A stretch of DNA of 64,000 nt. It comes from Bacteroidota bacterium. Its GTDB lineage: Bacteria; Bacteroidota; Bacteroidia; Chitinophagales; BACL12. Location of the stretch: positions 200,292 through 264,291 of the forward strand of contig JADKEK010000003.1 of NCBI GenBank assembly GCA_016718035.1, read 5' to 3'. The notes under the pieces are model-generated. The model was not told the origin of the DNA and made no database searches. It saw only the letters and a program-made list of their open reading frames with translations. Numbering within the stretch: the stretch's first letter is position 1; every line of letters begins with the position of its first letter. Shown here piece after piece: positions 48,312-58,699 of this stretch. The position numbers were made by a program, and so were the translations under genes.

Positions 48312-49738
48312 ATATTTTTAGGTTCGGTAAAAAACCGAAGAGCCTCTACTCCTCCTTCACGACCTACACCGGATTGTTTAACGCCTCCGAATGGCGTGCG
48401 CAAATCGCGCTCCAGCCAACAGTTGACCCAAACAATACCGCTTTCAATCTTTTCAGACAAGCGATGAGCTCTAGTTAAATGATTGGTCCAGATTACAGCG
48501 GCCAGACCGTAATCGGATTGATTGGCCAAATTTACGGCTTCTTCCTCGTTATTAAAAGGATGAAGGGTAACTACAGGCCCAAAAATTTCTTCTTTTACTG
48601 TTCTGCACTGCTGTTCAAGGCCTTCAATTACCGTTGGGGCAATGTACCAGCCACTTTCCAGCTCTCCTGTTAAATTAACCGCTTGTCCGCCACATAATAT
48701 TATTCCTCCCTCTTCTTTAGCTAAGTCGATATAACTGAGTATTTTATTGTAATGCACTTCCGAAACTACAGCTCCAACGTTGGTTTCAGCTGATTTAGGG
48801 TCACCAACTACCAATTTTTTTGCCCGCTCAACAAAATCGGCCTTAAAGCGCTCGTATAAACTGCTTTCTATATAAATCCGGCTTCCGCAGAGGCAAATTT
48901 GCCCTTGATTGGTGAAAGAGCTGCGAACAGTGGTGTTCAGCATGTCCTCGTAATCGCAATCAGCAAATATTACCACAGGGTTTTTGCCTCCCAGTTCCAA
49001 GCTTAGTTTTTTAAACATTGGCGCCGCAACAGAGGCTATTTCTTTACCTGCTCTGGTACTGCCTGTAAATGAAACCCCTTTAATTTTCGGGTGTTTTACT
49101 ATTGCTGCACCGGTTTTAGGACCTGTACCATGCACAATATTCAGCACGCCTGCCGGTAATCCGGCATCAATACATATTTCAGACAATAAATAAGCGGTAT
49201 AAGGGGTAATTTCAGATGGTTTTGCTACCACACAATTACCCGCTGCTAAGGCAGGAGCAATTTTCCATGAGAATAAATATAATGGCAGGTTCCAGGGAGA
49301 TATACATCCAACAACCCCAATCGGATTGCGGGTTGTATAGTTAATAAATTTCCCTTTTTGGTGATGGCTTTCACTTGCGAAATGTAATACCGAAGCAGCG
49401 AAAAACTCAAAATTGTCACGGGCACGGGTTATGTCCATACGTTTTGCCAACGCAAGGGGTTTACCCGAATCCATTGATTCAGCCTCTGCCAAAGCATCAA
49501 ACCGCTCTTCAATTAAATGTGCGATGCGATATAACACCCTGCTTCTGTTAGCCGGATCCATGGTAGACCACTCTTCAAATGCTTGCTGAGCAGCATTTAC
49601 AGCCTGTTCAACGTCATTTTCATCAGAATCGGGAATTTTCGAATATACTTTACCTGTTGCCGGATTGTAGTTATCCAGATAATTACCGCTTACAGGCGGT
49701 TGAAGCTTGCCTCCAATATAGTTTGATAATATGAACAA
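48296..49738 (-). CDS. NAD(P)-dependent aldehyde dehydrogenase
   Basis: FTGSTRAGK, ELGGKNP (catalytic Glu) and GQICLCGSR (catalytic Cys). Confidence 0.9.
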   Translation of the reverse strand: MFILSNYIGGKLQPPVSGNYLDNYNPATGKVYSKIPDSDENDVEQAVNAAQQAFEEWSTMDPANRSRVLYRIAHLIEERFDALAEAESMDSGKPLALAKRMDITRARDNFEFFAASVLHFASESHHQKGKFINYTTRNPIGVVGCISPWNLPLYLFSWKIAPALAAGNCVVAKPSEITPYTAYLLSEICIDAGLPAGVLNIVHGTGPKTGAAIVKHPKIKGVSFTGSTRAGKEIASVAAPMFKKLSLELGGKNPVVIFADCDYEDMLNTTVRSSFTNQGQICLCGSRIYIESSLYERFKADFVERAKKLVVGDPKSAETNVGAVVSEVHYNKILSYIDLAKEEGGIILCGGQAVNLTGELESGWYIAPTVIEGLEQQCRTVKEEIFGPVVTLHPFNNEEEAVNLANQSDYGLAAVIWTNHLTRAHRLSEKIESGIVWVNCWLERDLRTPFGGVKQSGVGREGGVEALRFFTEPKNICIKL

Positions 49739-49884
49739 ATCGTGTCCGTAAAGTTTTCGAATTGATTAACGGTTGCGAAGATACCATTTGGAGGGCAAAT
49801 TGTTAAATAATTATCGAAAATTAGGGTCAAAAAGGCTAAAAAACGGAGCTTTTATTGGACAATTCGAAAAAACATGGCCTCTTA

Positions 49885-50526
49885 TTATTCATTCAGGAAA
49901 GGATTTTCCCTTCGCTCTTCGCCTATAGTTGTTGGCTGCATATGACCTGCATACACTTTTATGTCATCGGGTAAAACCATGAGTTTTTCTTGTATCGATT
50001 GCATCAATGTTGCATAATCACCACCCGGTAAATCGGTACGGCCAATTGAGCGGCGAAAAAGCACATCACCACTCACAATAAACTTATCTGCTTCATTATA
50101 AAAACACACACTGGCCGGAGAATGTCCCGGTGTGAAAAACACCTTTAAACTAGTGCTTCCAAAGGTTACAATATCACCTTCATCCACAAAAATTTCCGGT
50201 TCAGGTGAACCTTTGTAATACATACCCATAGTTGGCGCGTAGTTAACCACTTCGTGCAACACCGGTATCTCCCCTTTGTGCATCATAATTGGCACCCGCC
50301 AGGTATCAGCCACAAATTTATTTCCTAATACATGGTCAATATGACAATGGGTATTAATCAAATATTTGGGTTTCAATTGCTTGCGAGTAATAAAATCGCC
50401 CAATTCCTCCATCTCCTCTTTTGAATAACAACCAGGGTCAATTACAACACATTCACCTGTTTCATCGTATATAACGTAGGTGTTTTCATAAAAGGGGTTA
50501 AACGTAAAACTCACAATATGGGCCAT
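49885..50526 (-). CDS. MBL-fold metallo-hydrolase (glyoxalase II-like)
   Basis: THCHIDH motif, TPGHSP and GDVLF...GRTDLPGG. Confidence 0.85.
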   Translation of the reverse strand: MAHIVSFTFNPFYENTYVIYDETGECVVIDPGCYSKEEMEELGDFITRKQLKPKYLINTHCHIDHVLGNKFVADTWRVPIMMHKGEIPVLHEVVNYAPTMGMYYKGSPEPEIFVDEGDIVTFGSTSLKVFFTPGHSPASVCFYNEADKFIVSGDVLFRRSIGRTDLPGGDYATLMQSIQEKLMVLPDDIKVYAGHMQPTTIGEERRENPFLNE

Positions 50527-50594
50527 CTATATATCGTTATTTTGTAAAATTTTATGGAATAATTGAACTTTACGGCAAAACTACGTATTTTGCA

Positions 50595-53500
50595 ATGGTG
50601 ATGAGGGCTCCAGGTATGAAGATTAAATTACATCTCAATATAAAATATTTAGCATTAGCGATAATACTATTTGGCACTGCCGTTTCCTATAGTCAGGGAA
50701 CTCAGGTTCAATTTGGCCAAAACAGAGTTCAATACAAAGATTTTACCTGGCAATTTTACGATGGCGAACACTTTTTAGTGTATTTCAGCCAGGGTGGTCA
50801 AAATCTGGGCAAATTTACCGCTCAAATTGCTGAGGCCGATTTAGTTCAAATTGAAGATTTATTAGATTATAAACTCAATTCAAAACCTGAAATAATTGTT
50901 TATAATAATATTGCCGATTATAATCAAAGTAATTTTGCGATAGGTAAAGAAGAACAATATAATCTTGGCGGCCAAACAAAAATAATTGGCAATAAAATAT
51001 TTATTTACTTCGATGGCAATCATCAGCATTTACGCAAACAAATTCGCGAAGGTGTTGGCAAAGTATTATTAAACTCCATGATTTTTGGTGGCAACTTACA
51101 GGAAATTGTTCAAAATGCTGTTTTATTAAATTTACCCGAATGGTTTACCGAAGGTTTAGTTTCTTATATTGGTGAAGAATGGAATAGTGAACTCGATAAT
51201 CAATTGCGCGAAGGTGTATTGTCAGGACGATACCAGAAATTCAACAAACTCACAGGCGAAGATGCGCGATTTGCTGGCCACGCTTTGTGGTATTATATTG
51301 CTGAAAGTTATGGCGAAGCAACCATACCTAATTTATTGTATTTAATCCGCATCAACCGTTCACTTGAAAATGGATTTCTATTTGTTTTAGGAGCGGGCGT
51401 AAACAGCACTATCGACGATTGGTATAAATATTTATTAGCCAAATATCAAAACGAAGCAAAAGATAAAGTAAAACCTGATGCTGCAAATATCATCCCGCGC
51501 AAAACCAAAAAAAATATCCACTATCACGAATTAGCATTAAGTCCTGATGGGAAAAATATTGCTTACGCAATTGATGATCACGGAAAATTTAAAGTATATA
51601 TTCAGGAAATTGGCAGTAAAGACGTCGATAAAATAAAAAAAGGCGGATTAAAAACACGCACATTGGCAACTGATCTTAGCAATCCACTAGTGAGTTGGAG
51701 CCCTGACGGTAAAAAGCTTGCTATTGTTTATGAAAAACGAAATAAAAATTTCATTACTACATACGATACAGAGAAGGACGAAAAAGAATCGAAAGAGCTC
51801 TCTCGCTTTCAAAAAATTCTCGACATGAATTTCGCCAAAACAAATAATCGTTTGGTGATGAGCGTGATGAACAATGGTCAAAGTGATATTTATGTATACC
51901 ATTTACTCAACGACCGTGTTGAGCAAATTACCAACGATTTTTTCGACGACCTTACGCCTTGTTATGTAGAACTTAATAATGGTTATGAGGGTATAATTTT
52001 CGCTTCTAACCGCGATCGTGATACGCTATATACAACCAGAACAGTTGATTCTATTTTACCAGTTGGGAATATGGATTTATACTTTTACGATTATCTGCAC
52101 AAATCGAAAAATCTGGTAAAAATTTCGCATACTAAAAAAATTAGCGAAACAACACCTTTACAGTTTGATGCAAAACACTTCGCTTATTTAAGTGACCAAA
52201 ATGGAATAACCAACAGATTTGCCGGATATTTAGATAGTTTGTATGACCATACCGATACCTTGGTATTTTATCCAGACTCAACCGTAACCAATCCAACTTA
52301 CGATTATACCGATTTGAAAACATGGCCGAAATTCGATTCCATGTTATTAGCTGATATTTACCGCGATACCGCTTATGTTTTCCCAACAACTAATTATGCA
52401 GGCAATATAGTTGAACATGATATTAATTGGAAAACAGGTAAAATGGTAGAAGTATTCCAACAAGGAAAAGCCAATGTGTTTTATTTGTCGAAAGCACCCG
52501 GTGACATGAGTGAGATAAAAAACAACACACTCAACAATACCACATTCCGCAATTTTATTAATTTAAAGAAAAAAGAAGACGATGTAATTACAACCATAAG
52601 TAATACCGACTCTTCTACCATGATTAAAACACAAACTATTATTACCAGCACTGATACTATTAAAAAAGAAATAGATGAAGGCATGTATTTCCAAACCGAT
52701 TTTCCGGAAGAAATAACACCTTCAATTGTAAACGACCCGGTTGCACTCGGTCAGTCGAAAAGTCCTGAACAGGAAAACATCAATACCGGTAAAAAATTCC
52801 GCTCATCACGAATTGTTCCTTATCGTTTGAAATTCAGTAACGAATACGTAACCAGTCAGCTCGACAATAGTTTGTACATTAACAAATACGAAAGTTTTAA
52901 TACCACAGGAGGTGTTTATTCAACACCAAATTTAGGCGCATTATTTACAGTAAGTATCAGTGATTTATTTGAAGATTATCGTTTTACCGGCGGTATGCGT
53001 TTCCCAACATCTTTTTCAGGGGGTGAATATTATTTATCCTACGATGATTTAAAACATCGCATTGATAAAAAAATTACCTGGTATCATCAAACAGAAAAAA
53101 CACAATATAATTTCCAACCATTTTGGTATCCTGTAGTAGATGCCGGCATCAGAACAAATGTTGTGGAAGGAACACTCAAATATCCATTTGACGTAATTCG
53201 CAGCCTGCGAGGTAGTGTTTCTTATCGCGGCGAAAAAATTATTTTCCTTGCCAATGATACATTCAGTTTAAATTTACCTAATTACAAGGAGGACTGGCTT
53301 TCGTTTAAATTAGAATACGTGCATGACAATACGTATCCGATAATGACCAATATTTTAAATGGCATGCGATACAAAGTATGGTTCGAAATGCACAAACAAT
53401 TTGAAGTAAATGCTAGCCAGGGGTTAAAAATCAGTTTAAATGATGGCTACATGGGTGTGTTTGGATTTGATTTCCGCCATTATCAAAAAATACATCGTCA

Positions 53501-54053
53501 ATTAACCTGGGCAAACAGAATAGCCGGTGGCACTTCATTTGGTCCCCAAAAATTAATTTATTATTTAGGCGGTGTGGACAGCTGGATTGCACCTGTATTT
53601 AATACCGATGTTGAAATAAATCAGGATGCAGGTTATGCATATCAAACATTAGCCACCAATTTACGAGGGTATGATCAAAATGTTCGAAATGGAAATGGTT
53701 ATATCGCATTTAACTCTGAATTGCGTTTCCCGATATTCTCTTATTTCTTTAATAAACCTTTGCGTTCTGAATTCTTAAGAAACTTACAAATTATAGGATT
53801 CTATGATATCGGTTCTGCATGGGAAGGCAAATCACCTTTTGAAGAAGATAATCCGTATACCAACTCAACAATTAGTCAAACACCTATAACCGTTAATGTA
53901 AACTATTATCGCGACCCGCTTGTGATGGGAACCGGTGTCGGCTTGCGAACAACATTATTTGGTTACTTTATTCGTGTTGATCGTGCTCAACCTCTTGATG
54001 GAAGTGGACTTGGTGACCCGCGTTGGTATTTCTCATTAAGCCTGGATTTCTAA
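50595..54053 (+). CDS. Large outer membrane protein: N-terminal domain, TolB/PD40-like beta-propeller repeats and a C-terminal Omp85 (bacterial surface antigen) barrel
   Basis: Signal peptide after MKIKLHL (ATG 50616 is the likely start). PD40-like LSPDGKNIAY and SWSPDGKKLAIVY. Omp85 signature NLRGYD...NSELRFP and terminal ...YFSLSLDF. Confidence 0.6.
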   Translation: MVMRAPGMKIKLHLNIKYLALAIILFGTAVSYSQGTQVQFGQNRVQYKDFTWQFYDGEHFLVYFSQGGQNLGKFTAQIAEADLVQIEDLLDYKLNSKPEIIVYNNIADYNQSNFAIGKEEQYNLGGQTKIIGNKIFIYFDGNHQHLRKQIREGVGKVLLNSMIFGGNLQEIVQNAVLLNLPEWFTEGLVSYIGEEWNSELDNQLREGVLSGRYQKFNKLTGEDARFAGHALWYYIAESYGEATIPNLLYLIRINRSLENGFLFVLGAGVNSTIDDWYKYLLAKYQNEAKDKVKPDAANIIPRKTKKNIHYHELALSPDGKNIAYAIDDHGKFKVYIQEIGSKDVDKIKKGGLKTRTLATDLSNPLVSWSPDGKKLAIVYEKRNKNFITTYDTEKDEKESKELSRFQKILDMNFAKTNNRLVMSVMNNGQSDIYVYHLLNDRVEQITNDFFDDLTPCYVELNNGYEGIIFASNRDRDTLYTTRTVDSILPVGNMDLYFYDYLHKSKNLVKISHTKKISETTPLQFDAKHFAYLSDQNGITNRFAGYLDSLYDHTDTLVFYPDSTVTNPTYDYTDLKTWPKFDSMLLADIYRDTAYVFPTTNYAGNIVEHDINWKTGKMVEVFQQGKANVFYLSKAPGDMSEIKNNTLNNTTFRNFINLKKKEDDVITTISNTDSSTMIKTQTIITSTDTIKKEIDEGMYFQTDFPEEITPSIVNDPVALGQSKSPEQENINTGKKFRSSRIVPYRLKFSNEYVTSQLDNSLYINKYESFNTTGGVYSTPNLGALFTVSISDLFEDYRFTGGMRFPTSFSGGEYYLSYDDLKHRIDKKITWYHQTEKTQYNFQPFWYPVVDAGIRTNVVEGTLKYPFDVIRSLRGSVSYRGEKIIFLANDTFSLNLPNYKEDWLSFKLEYVHDNTYPIMTNILNGMRYKVWFEMHKQFEVNASQGLKISLNDGYMGVFGFDFRHYQKIHRQLTWANRIAGGTSFGPQKLIYYLGGVDSWIAPVFNTDVEINQDAGYAYQTLATNLRGYDQNVRNGNGYIAFNSELRFPIFSYFFNKPLRSEFLRNLQIIGFYDIGSAWEGKSPFEEDNPYTNSTISQTPITVNVNYYRDPLVMGTGVGLRTTLFGYFIRVDRAQPLDGSGLGDPRWYFSLSLDF

Positions 54054-54092
54054 TTACCATACATAGTTGTAGCAGTTATGTAATTTTGCGCC

Positions 54093-54995
54093 GTGAAACC
54101 TGCACTTAAAGCCCACCTTTTTATTCTGGGAGCAAATATTATTTATGGAATAAATTACGCAATAGGCAAAGTTGCACTCGAACATATTGAGCCATTTGGC
54201 ATTGTATTACTTCGTGTAAGTGGCGCTTTAATCATATTTACAATTTTGGCATTTTTAACCGGTCATGAAAAAATTGAGAAAGGTGACCATAAAAAATTAT
54301 TGATTGCTTCTTTGTTTGGTGTAGTTATCAATCAACTTATGTTTTTCAAAGGGCTTAGCCTTACTTCTGAAATACATTCGGCAATGATTATGATTGCCAC
54401 ACCAATTATTGTATTGATTATGGCATGGGTTATTCTTAAAGATAAAATTACATGGGTGAAATCGCTTGGGATTTTAATCGGAGGTATAGGTGTTGCCATG
54501 TTAATTTCATCAGGTGCAGTTGATGTACATTCACCATCAAGTTTGGCAGGTGATATTTGTATTACCATTAATGCTACATCTTATGCTGTATTTTTAATCA
54601 TAGCCAAACCATTAATGTTGAAGTATTCACCTTATACAATAGCCAGATGGATATTTACTTATGGGATTTTATTTGTGTTGCCTTTTGGCTGGAAAGAAGT
54701 AGATGCCATTTCGTGGAGCTCTATTCCAGCTATTGCTATTTGGGCATTGGTATATGTAATTTTAGGCGCAACAGTGCTGGCTTATTTATTTAATATTTTA
54801 GGGCTCAATTACGGTTCACCCACACTGGTGAGTATTTATATTTACACGCAACCGGTAATTGCAACAATTATTGCAGTTGCATATGGCAGCGACCACCTTA
54901 CAATAGGTAAGGTAGTTTCTGCAATATTAGTTTTTAGCGGAGTGGCATTAGTAAGTTTCACCGGGGCTAAAAAACCTTTGAGTTCCGGCGTATAA
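54093..54995 (+). CDS. EamA/DMT-family transporter
   Basis: 300 aa with ten hydrophobic segments arranged as two EamA repeats. Confidence 0.85.
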   Translation: MKPALKAHLFILGANIIYGINYAIGKVALEHIEPFGIVLLRVSGALIIFTILAFLTGHEKIEKGDHKKLLIASLFGVVINQLMFFKGLSLTSEIHSAMIMIATPIIVLIMAWVILKDKITWVKSLGILIGGIGVAMLISSGAVDVHSPSSLAGDICITINATSYAVFLIIAKPLMLKYSPYTIARWIFTYGILFVLPFGWKEVDAISWSSIPAIAIWALVYVILGATVLAYLFNILGLNYGSPTLVSIYIYTQPVIATIIAVAYGSDHLTIGKVVSAILVFSGVALVSFTGAKKPLSSGV

Positions 54996-55022
54996 TTGTA
55001 TTTTTACATTCAAATTAGTAGT

Positions 55023-55895
55023 ATGATAATATCAATGACAGGTTATGGAAGAAGCACATTTTCGCTTGGCGGGAAAAATATTGTGCTTGAAATGAAAACA
55101 TTAAATAGTAAATCGTTTGACCTCAACCTGCGAATTGCCCCTTTATTTAAAGAATATGAAATTGAAATCCGCAATATTCTGAATAAGTCTATCATGCGTG
55201 GAAAAACCGATTGCACTATTGGTTATGAAATGAGCGATGACAAGGGAGGAGAAGTAAATCCTGTTGCCGTAAAAGAATATTATCGCCAGTTAAAAGCTAT
55301 TGCCAACGAATTACAAATTGACGATTCAAAAGTATTTGACCTGGTATTCCGTTTGCCAAATGTAACAACAACTTCAAATGAAAGTTTGAGTGAAGAACAA
55401 TGGGAATTAGTTCAATCTCAAATTGAAGCAGCTTGTAAGCAATTAAATAAATTCAGAACCGATGAAGGTGCCAATCTTGAAAAGGATTTGGTTTTGCGTG
55501 TGCAATTAATGCGCGAAGCATTGAAAGAAGTTGAAGGACTGGACCCGCAGCGTATGGAGCAACAGCGGACTAAAATGTTCAGCGATTTGCAAAATTATAT
55601 GGGAGATGAAGATATCGATAAAAACAGATTTGAGCAGGAATTGATTTTTTATCTGGAAAAAATGGACATCACCGAAGAAGTTACCCGCCTTCGTTCCCAT
55701 TGCGATTACTTTATCGAAACTATGGAAGAAACACTGAACGAAAAAGGTAAAAAATTGGGATTTATTTGTCAGGAAATGAACAGAGAAATAAATACCATTG
55801 GTTCAAAATCATATCATGCCGAAATGCAACGTAAAGTTGTGGTAATGAAAGATGAATTAGAAAAAATAAAAGAACAATTAAATAACGTGTTGTAA
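55023..55895 (+). CDS. yicC: YicC-family stress-induced protein
   Basis: N-terminal MTGYG and C-terminal QEMNREINTIGSK signature. ATG 55023 is preferred over the upstream TTG. Confidence 0.85.
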   Translation: MIISMTGYGRSTFSLGGKNIVLEMKTLNSKSFDLNLRIAPLFKEYEIEIRNILNKSIMRGKTDCTIGYEMSDDKGGEVNPVAVKEYYRQLKAIANELQIDDSKVFDLVFRLPNVTTTSNESLSEEQWELVQSQIEAACKQLNKFRTDEGANLEKDLVLRVQLMREALKEVEGLDPQRMEQQRTKMFSDLQNYMGDEDIDKNRFEQELIFYLEKMDITEEVTRLRSHCDYFIETMEETLNEKGKKLGFICQEMNREINTIGSKSYHAEMQRKVVVMKDELEKIKEQLNNVL

Positions 55896-55897
55896 CC

Positions 55898-56461
55898 ATG
55901 CAAGGTAAGCTCGTAATTGTAACAGCGCCATCAGGTGCAGGAAAAACAACCATTGTAAAACATTTGCTTGCCCAAGAAAACCGCTTGTCATTTTCTGTAT
56001 CTGCAACAACACGTCCCATTCGTGCAAATGAAATTGATGGCCGCGATTATTATTTTTTGACAGAAGCTGCATTCAGACAAAAAATAGAAGAAGATGCTTT
56101 TTTGGAATGGGAAGAAGTTTATCCGGGTAAATTATACGGCACTTTAAAAAGTGAAGTAGAACGCATTTGGAACGGAGGCAAGCATATCATATTCGACGTA
56201 GATGTCAAAGGTGCATTATCGTTAAAAAATAAATATCCGGAACACACTATTTCCATATTTATTGAACCGCCTTCATTGCCAATTTTAATCGACAGGCTTA
56301 CCAAACGCAATACTGAAACACCGGCAACTTTGGCAACCAGGATAGAACGTGTCAAGTATGAACTCACATTTGCGGGCAGTTTCGACCATGTAATTATCAA
56401 CGACAACCTGGAACTAGCGCAAACACAGGCATTTGACCTTGTTCATAATTTTTTAGCCTGA
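55898..56461 (+). CDS. gmk: Guanylate kinase
   Basis: P-loop APSGAGKTT, SVSATTR and the GR.YYF motif. Confidence 0.95.
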   Translation: MQGKLVIVTAPSGAGKTTIVKHLLAQENRLSFSVSATTRPIRANEIDGRDYYFLTEAAFRQKIEEDAFLEWEEVYPGKLYGTLKSEVERIWNGGKHIIFDVDVKGALSLKNKYPEHTISIFIEPPSLPILIDRLTKRNTETPATLATRIERVKYELTFAGSFDHVIINDNLELAQTQAFDLVHNFLA

Positions 56462-56495
56462 CATTAGCAGCAATCCAATTTTTAGCTACTTTTAC

Positions 56496-56882
56496 GTGGG
56501 CATGGTCACTTCAATAACTCAAGGTGTAAAAGTTAGCGTTGAAACATTTTTTCAACCAGATTACTCTAGAAGGGGTGAATTTGTGTTTGCCTATCGCATT
56601 ACCATTGAAAACAAAAGTGAAAATACCGTGCAACTATTGCGCCGCCACTGGCATATTTACGATGGGATTGGCGTTTGGCGTGAGGTTGAAGGTGAAGGTG
56701 TTGTAGGTGAAACTCCAATCATAGAACCAGGGCATATGCACCAATACGTCTCGGGATGTCACTTAGTGGCTCCTATGGGTAAAATGAAAGGCACTTATTT
56801 AATGCTTCGCACCGCAGATGGCAACTATTTTGATGTAATAGTGCCTGAATTTCAAATGATTGCGCCGTTTTTGTTTAATTAA
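56496..56882 (+). CDS. apaG: ApaG (DUF525) protein
   Basis: 128 aa with the motifs FAYRITIEN and LLRRHW.I.DG...EV.GEGVVGE.P. Confidence 0.85.
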   Translation: MGMVTSITQGVKVSVETFFQPDYSRRGEFVFAYRITIENKSENTVQLLRRHWHIYDGIGVWREVEGEGVVGETPIIEPGHMHQYVSGCHLVAPMGKMKGTYLMLRTADGNYFDVIVPEFQMIAPFLFN

Positions 56883-57937
56883 CTCTCGGGGCCGTATCCT
56901 GAAAGTTTCAAAATTTTCAGCGCATCTATTTCATTAAACAAGTCGTTCAAATCAGTATCAGGATTTTCGCGCATATAAGCACGAATTATCTGCCAGCCAG
57001 TCCATGCAGCCACTCTTCCTGGGGCTTCTTCAGGCATACCAACAGAAGTAGGAGCATCGTCCATATACCTGCGCATATCGTCAGTTCTTTTTGAGAAGAG
57101 CAATTCTTCCCCGGCAAAAAATTTCCATATTTCGGCTTCATTTGCAACACACCACTCAATTTGTTCTTCAGTATATCCCATTTTGATAGAATCTTCCATA
57201 TCAGGCAACACACAATCCAAATAATACATCATTTTACCCTCCAAAACCATTGCATCTAATAACGACATTTCCATAGTCGGAGCCGGCAAATACCCATCCA
57301 TCAAACTCCTCATCACATTAAGCGAAATAAACGGCCTGTCGAACCTAAAAGTGATATACAACGGCATATTACTTTCATAGGCGCCATAATACCCGAAATG
57401 TTGGCCCATATACATATCTAACTCAATACCCAGCGTGGTTTCATTGAATAAAGTTTGGTAAACAAAAGGGCCTGTGTAAGTATATAATTTGGGCAATGAA
57501 CTGTCGGGGAAATAATATTTATAATATCTGAAAGCTTCAGCCAATTCCTCTTCAACGTCATCCAAATCGCTATAAATTTTCGAAATCGTGTCCTGCAATT
57601 GCATCATCCACTTATTTCCTGCAGTATTTACAAATAATGTATCAAAAAGGTTGTAGTTTGCTGAAGTATCATTTGCGGACAGTCCCCAAAAATTGGTGTA
57701 ATAAGCTTCAAAAATTTCAGGATGTTTTGATGTTAAATCGCTAAAAACCTGCTTATAATTGCCGGGATTGGCAGAAGCAATTATTTGATCCAGTCTGACA
57801 ATCTCCACCTGCTGTTCAGGCACTTTAGAAATATCAGGATGCGGATTTTCGTTACCGTTGCCGCAACTCGATAACATAGTTATTACAGCAATTGATATAT
57901 TAAAAATTACAAAAAATAGCCTATGTTTGTGCACCAT
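56879..57937 (-). CDS. gldB: Lipoprotein, GldB-like (gliding-motility lipoprotein family)
   Basis: Lipobox MLSSCG. The C-terminal pattern GYTEEQIEW...NEAEIWKFF...APGRVAAWTGWQIIRAYM and the neighbourhood with nadE match what I recall for GldB. Not verified by search. Confidence 0.45.
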   Translation of the reverse strand: MVHKHRLFFVIFNISIAVITMLSSCGNGNENPHPDISKVPEQQVEIVRLDQIIASANPGNYKQVFSDLTSKHPEIFEAYYTNFWGLSANDTSANYNLFDTLFVNTAGNKWMMQLQDTISKIYSDLDDVEEELAEAFRYYKYYFPDSSLPKLYTYTGPFVYQTLFNETTLGIELDMYMGQHFGYYGAYESNMPLYITFRFDRPFISLNVMRSLMDGYLPAPTMEMSLLDAMVLEGKMMYYLDCVLPDMEDSIKMGYTEEQIEWCVANEAEIWKFFAGEELLFSKRTDDMRRYMDDAPTSVGMPEEAPGRVAAWTGWQIIRAYMRENPDTDLNDLFNEIDALKILKLSGYGPES

Positions 57938-57972
57938 GTAAATCTAATTTTAAAATGTAAAACTAATAAGGT

Positions 57973-58641
57973 ATGAAGAAAATTATAGTAACAACCATGT
58001 TTTTTTGCGCTTTATGGTCAACTGTAGGCGCTCAGGAGTTCCGATTTGGATTAACAGCCTCTCCAGTTTTCGATTGGGCAAGAGTTGATGGTGAATTATA
58101 TGAAAACGTAGGCACTAAACTTGGTTTTCAATATGGCTTATTGTTCGATCAAACAATTGGTAGCGTTGAACGGTATGCATTTTCAACAGGAATACTTATA
58201 AATTATGTTAATGTAGGTGTTGATTCAATTGATGAAAATAATGTACTGACTACTGAATGGACAGTTAGGTCACAATACATTGAAATCCCGCTTACTATTA
58301 GGCTGAGAACCAACGAAGTAAACTATTTTAGTTATTATGGCCAGTTTGGTTTAACACCGGGTATTTGCATTAAATCTAGAGGTGATAAGTCAATAGGCGA
58401 CATAGCTTCATATGAGGATATAAATTTGCGGGATAAAGACAATGTAACAAATATTCAAACTCAATTATTCAACGTGAGTTTAACTCTCGGGATAGGTGCA
58501 GAATACTCAATTGCAGAAAATACCAATATTATAGGTGGTATCTTCTTCCAAAATGGATTTGCCAACATTATTGATGATGATGTTGACGACAACAGTGCTT
58601 TTCTTAAACAACTGGGCATCCGCGTTGGCGTGTTGTTCTGA
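57973..58641 (+). CDS. Small outer membrane beta-barrel protein (porin family)
   Basis: Signal peptide ending VGAQE, alternating amphipathic strands and terminal GIRVGVLF. Confidence 0.7.
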   Translation: MKKIIVTTMFFCALWSTVGAQEFRFGLTASPVFDWARVDGELYENVGTKLGFQYGLLFDQTIGSVERYAFSTGILINYVNVGVDSIDENNVLTTEWTVRSQYIEIPLTIRLRTNEVNYFSYYGQFGLTPGICIKSRGDKSIGDIASYEDINLRDKDNVTNIQTQLFNVSLTLGIGAEYSIAENTNIIGGIFFQNGFANIIDDDVDDNSAFLKQLGIRVGVLF

Positions 58642-58669
58642 TACGGTTTAACAAATAACATCTAACTTT

Positions 58670-58696
58670 GTCACGCTCAAAAGGCGTGACTTTTTT
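58670..58696 (+). terminator. Rho-independent terminator after the OMP gene
   Basis: 7-bp stem gtcacgc/gcgtgac, 7-nt loop and a T6 run. It ends 4 nt before the nadE start. Confidence 0.6.
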
Positions 58697-58699
58697 ATT

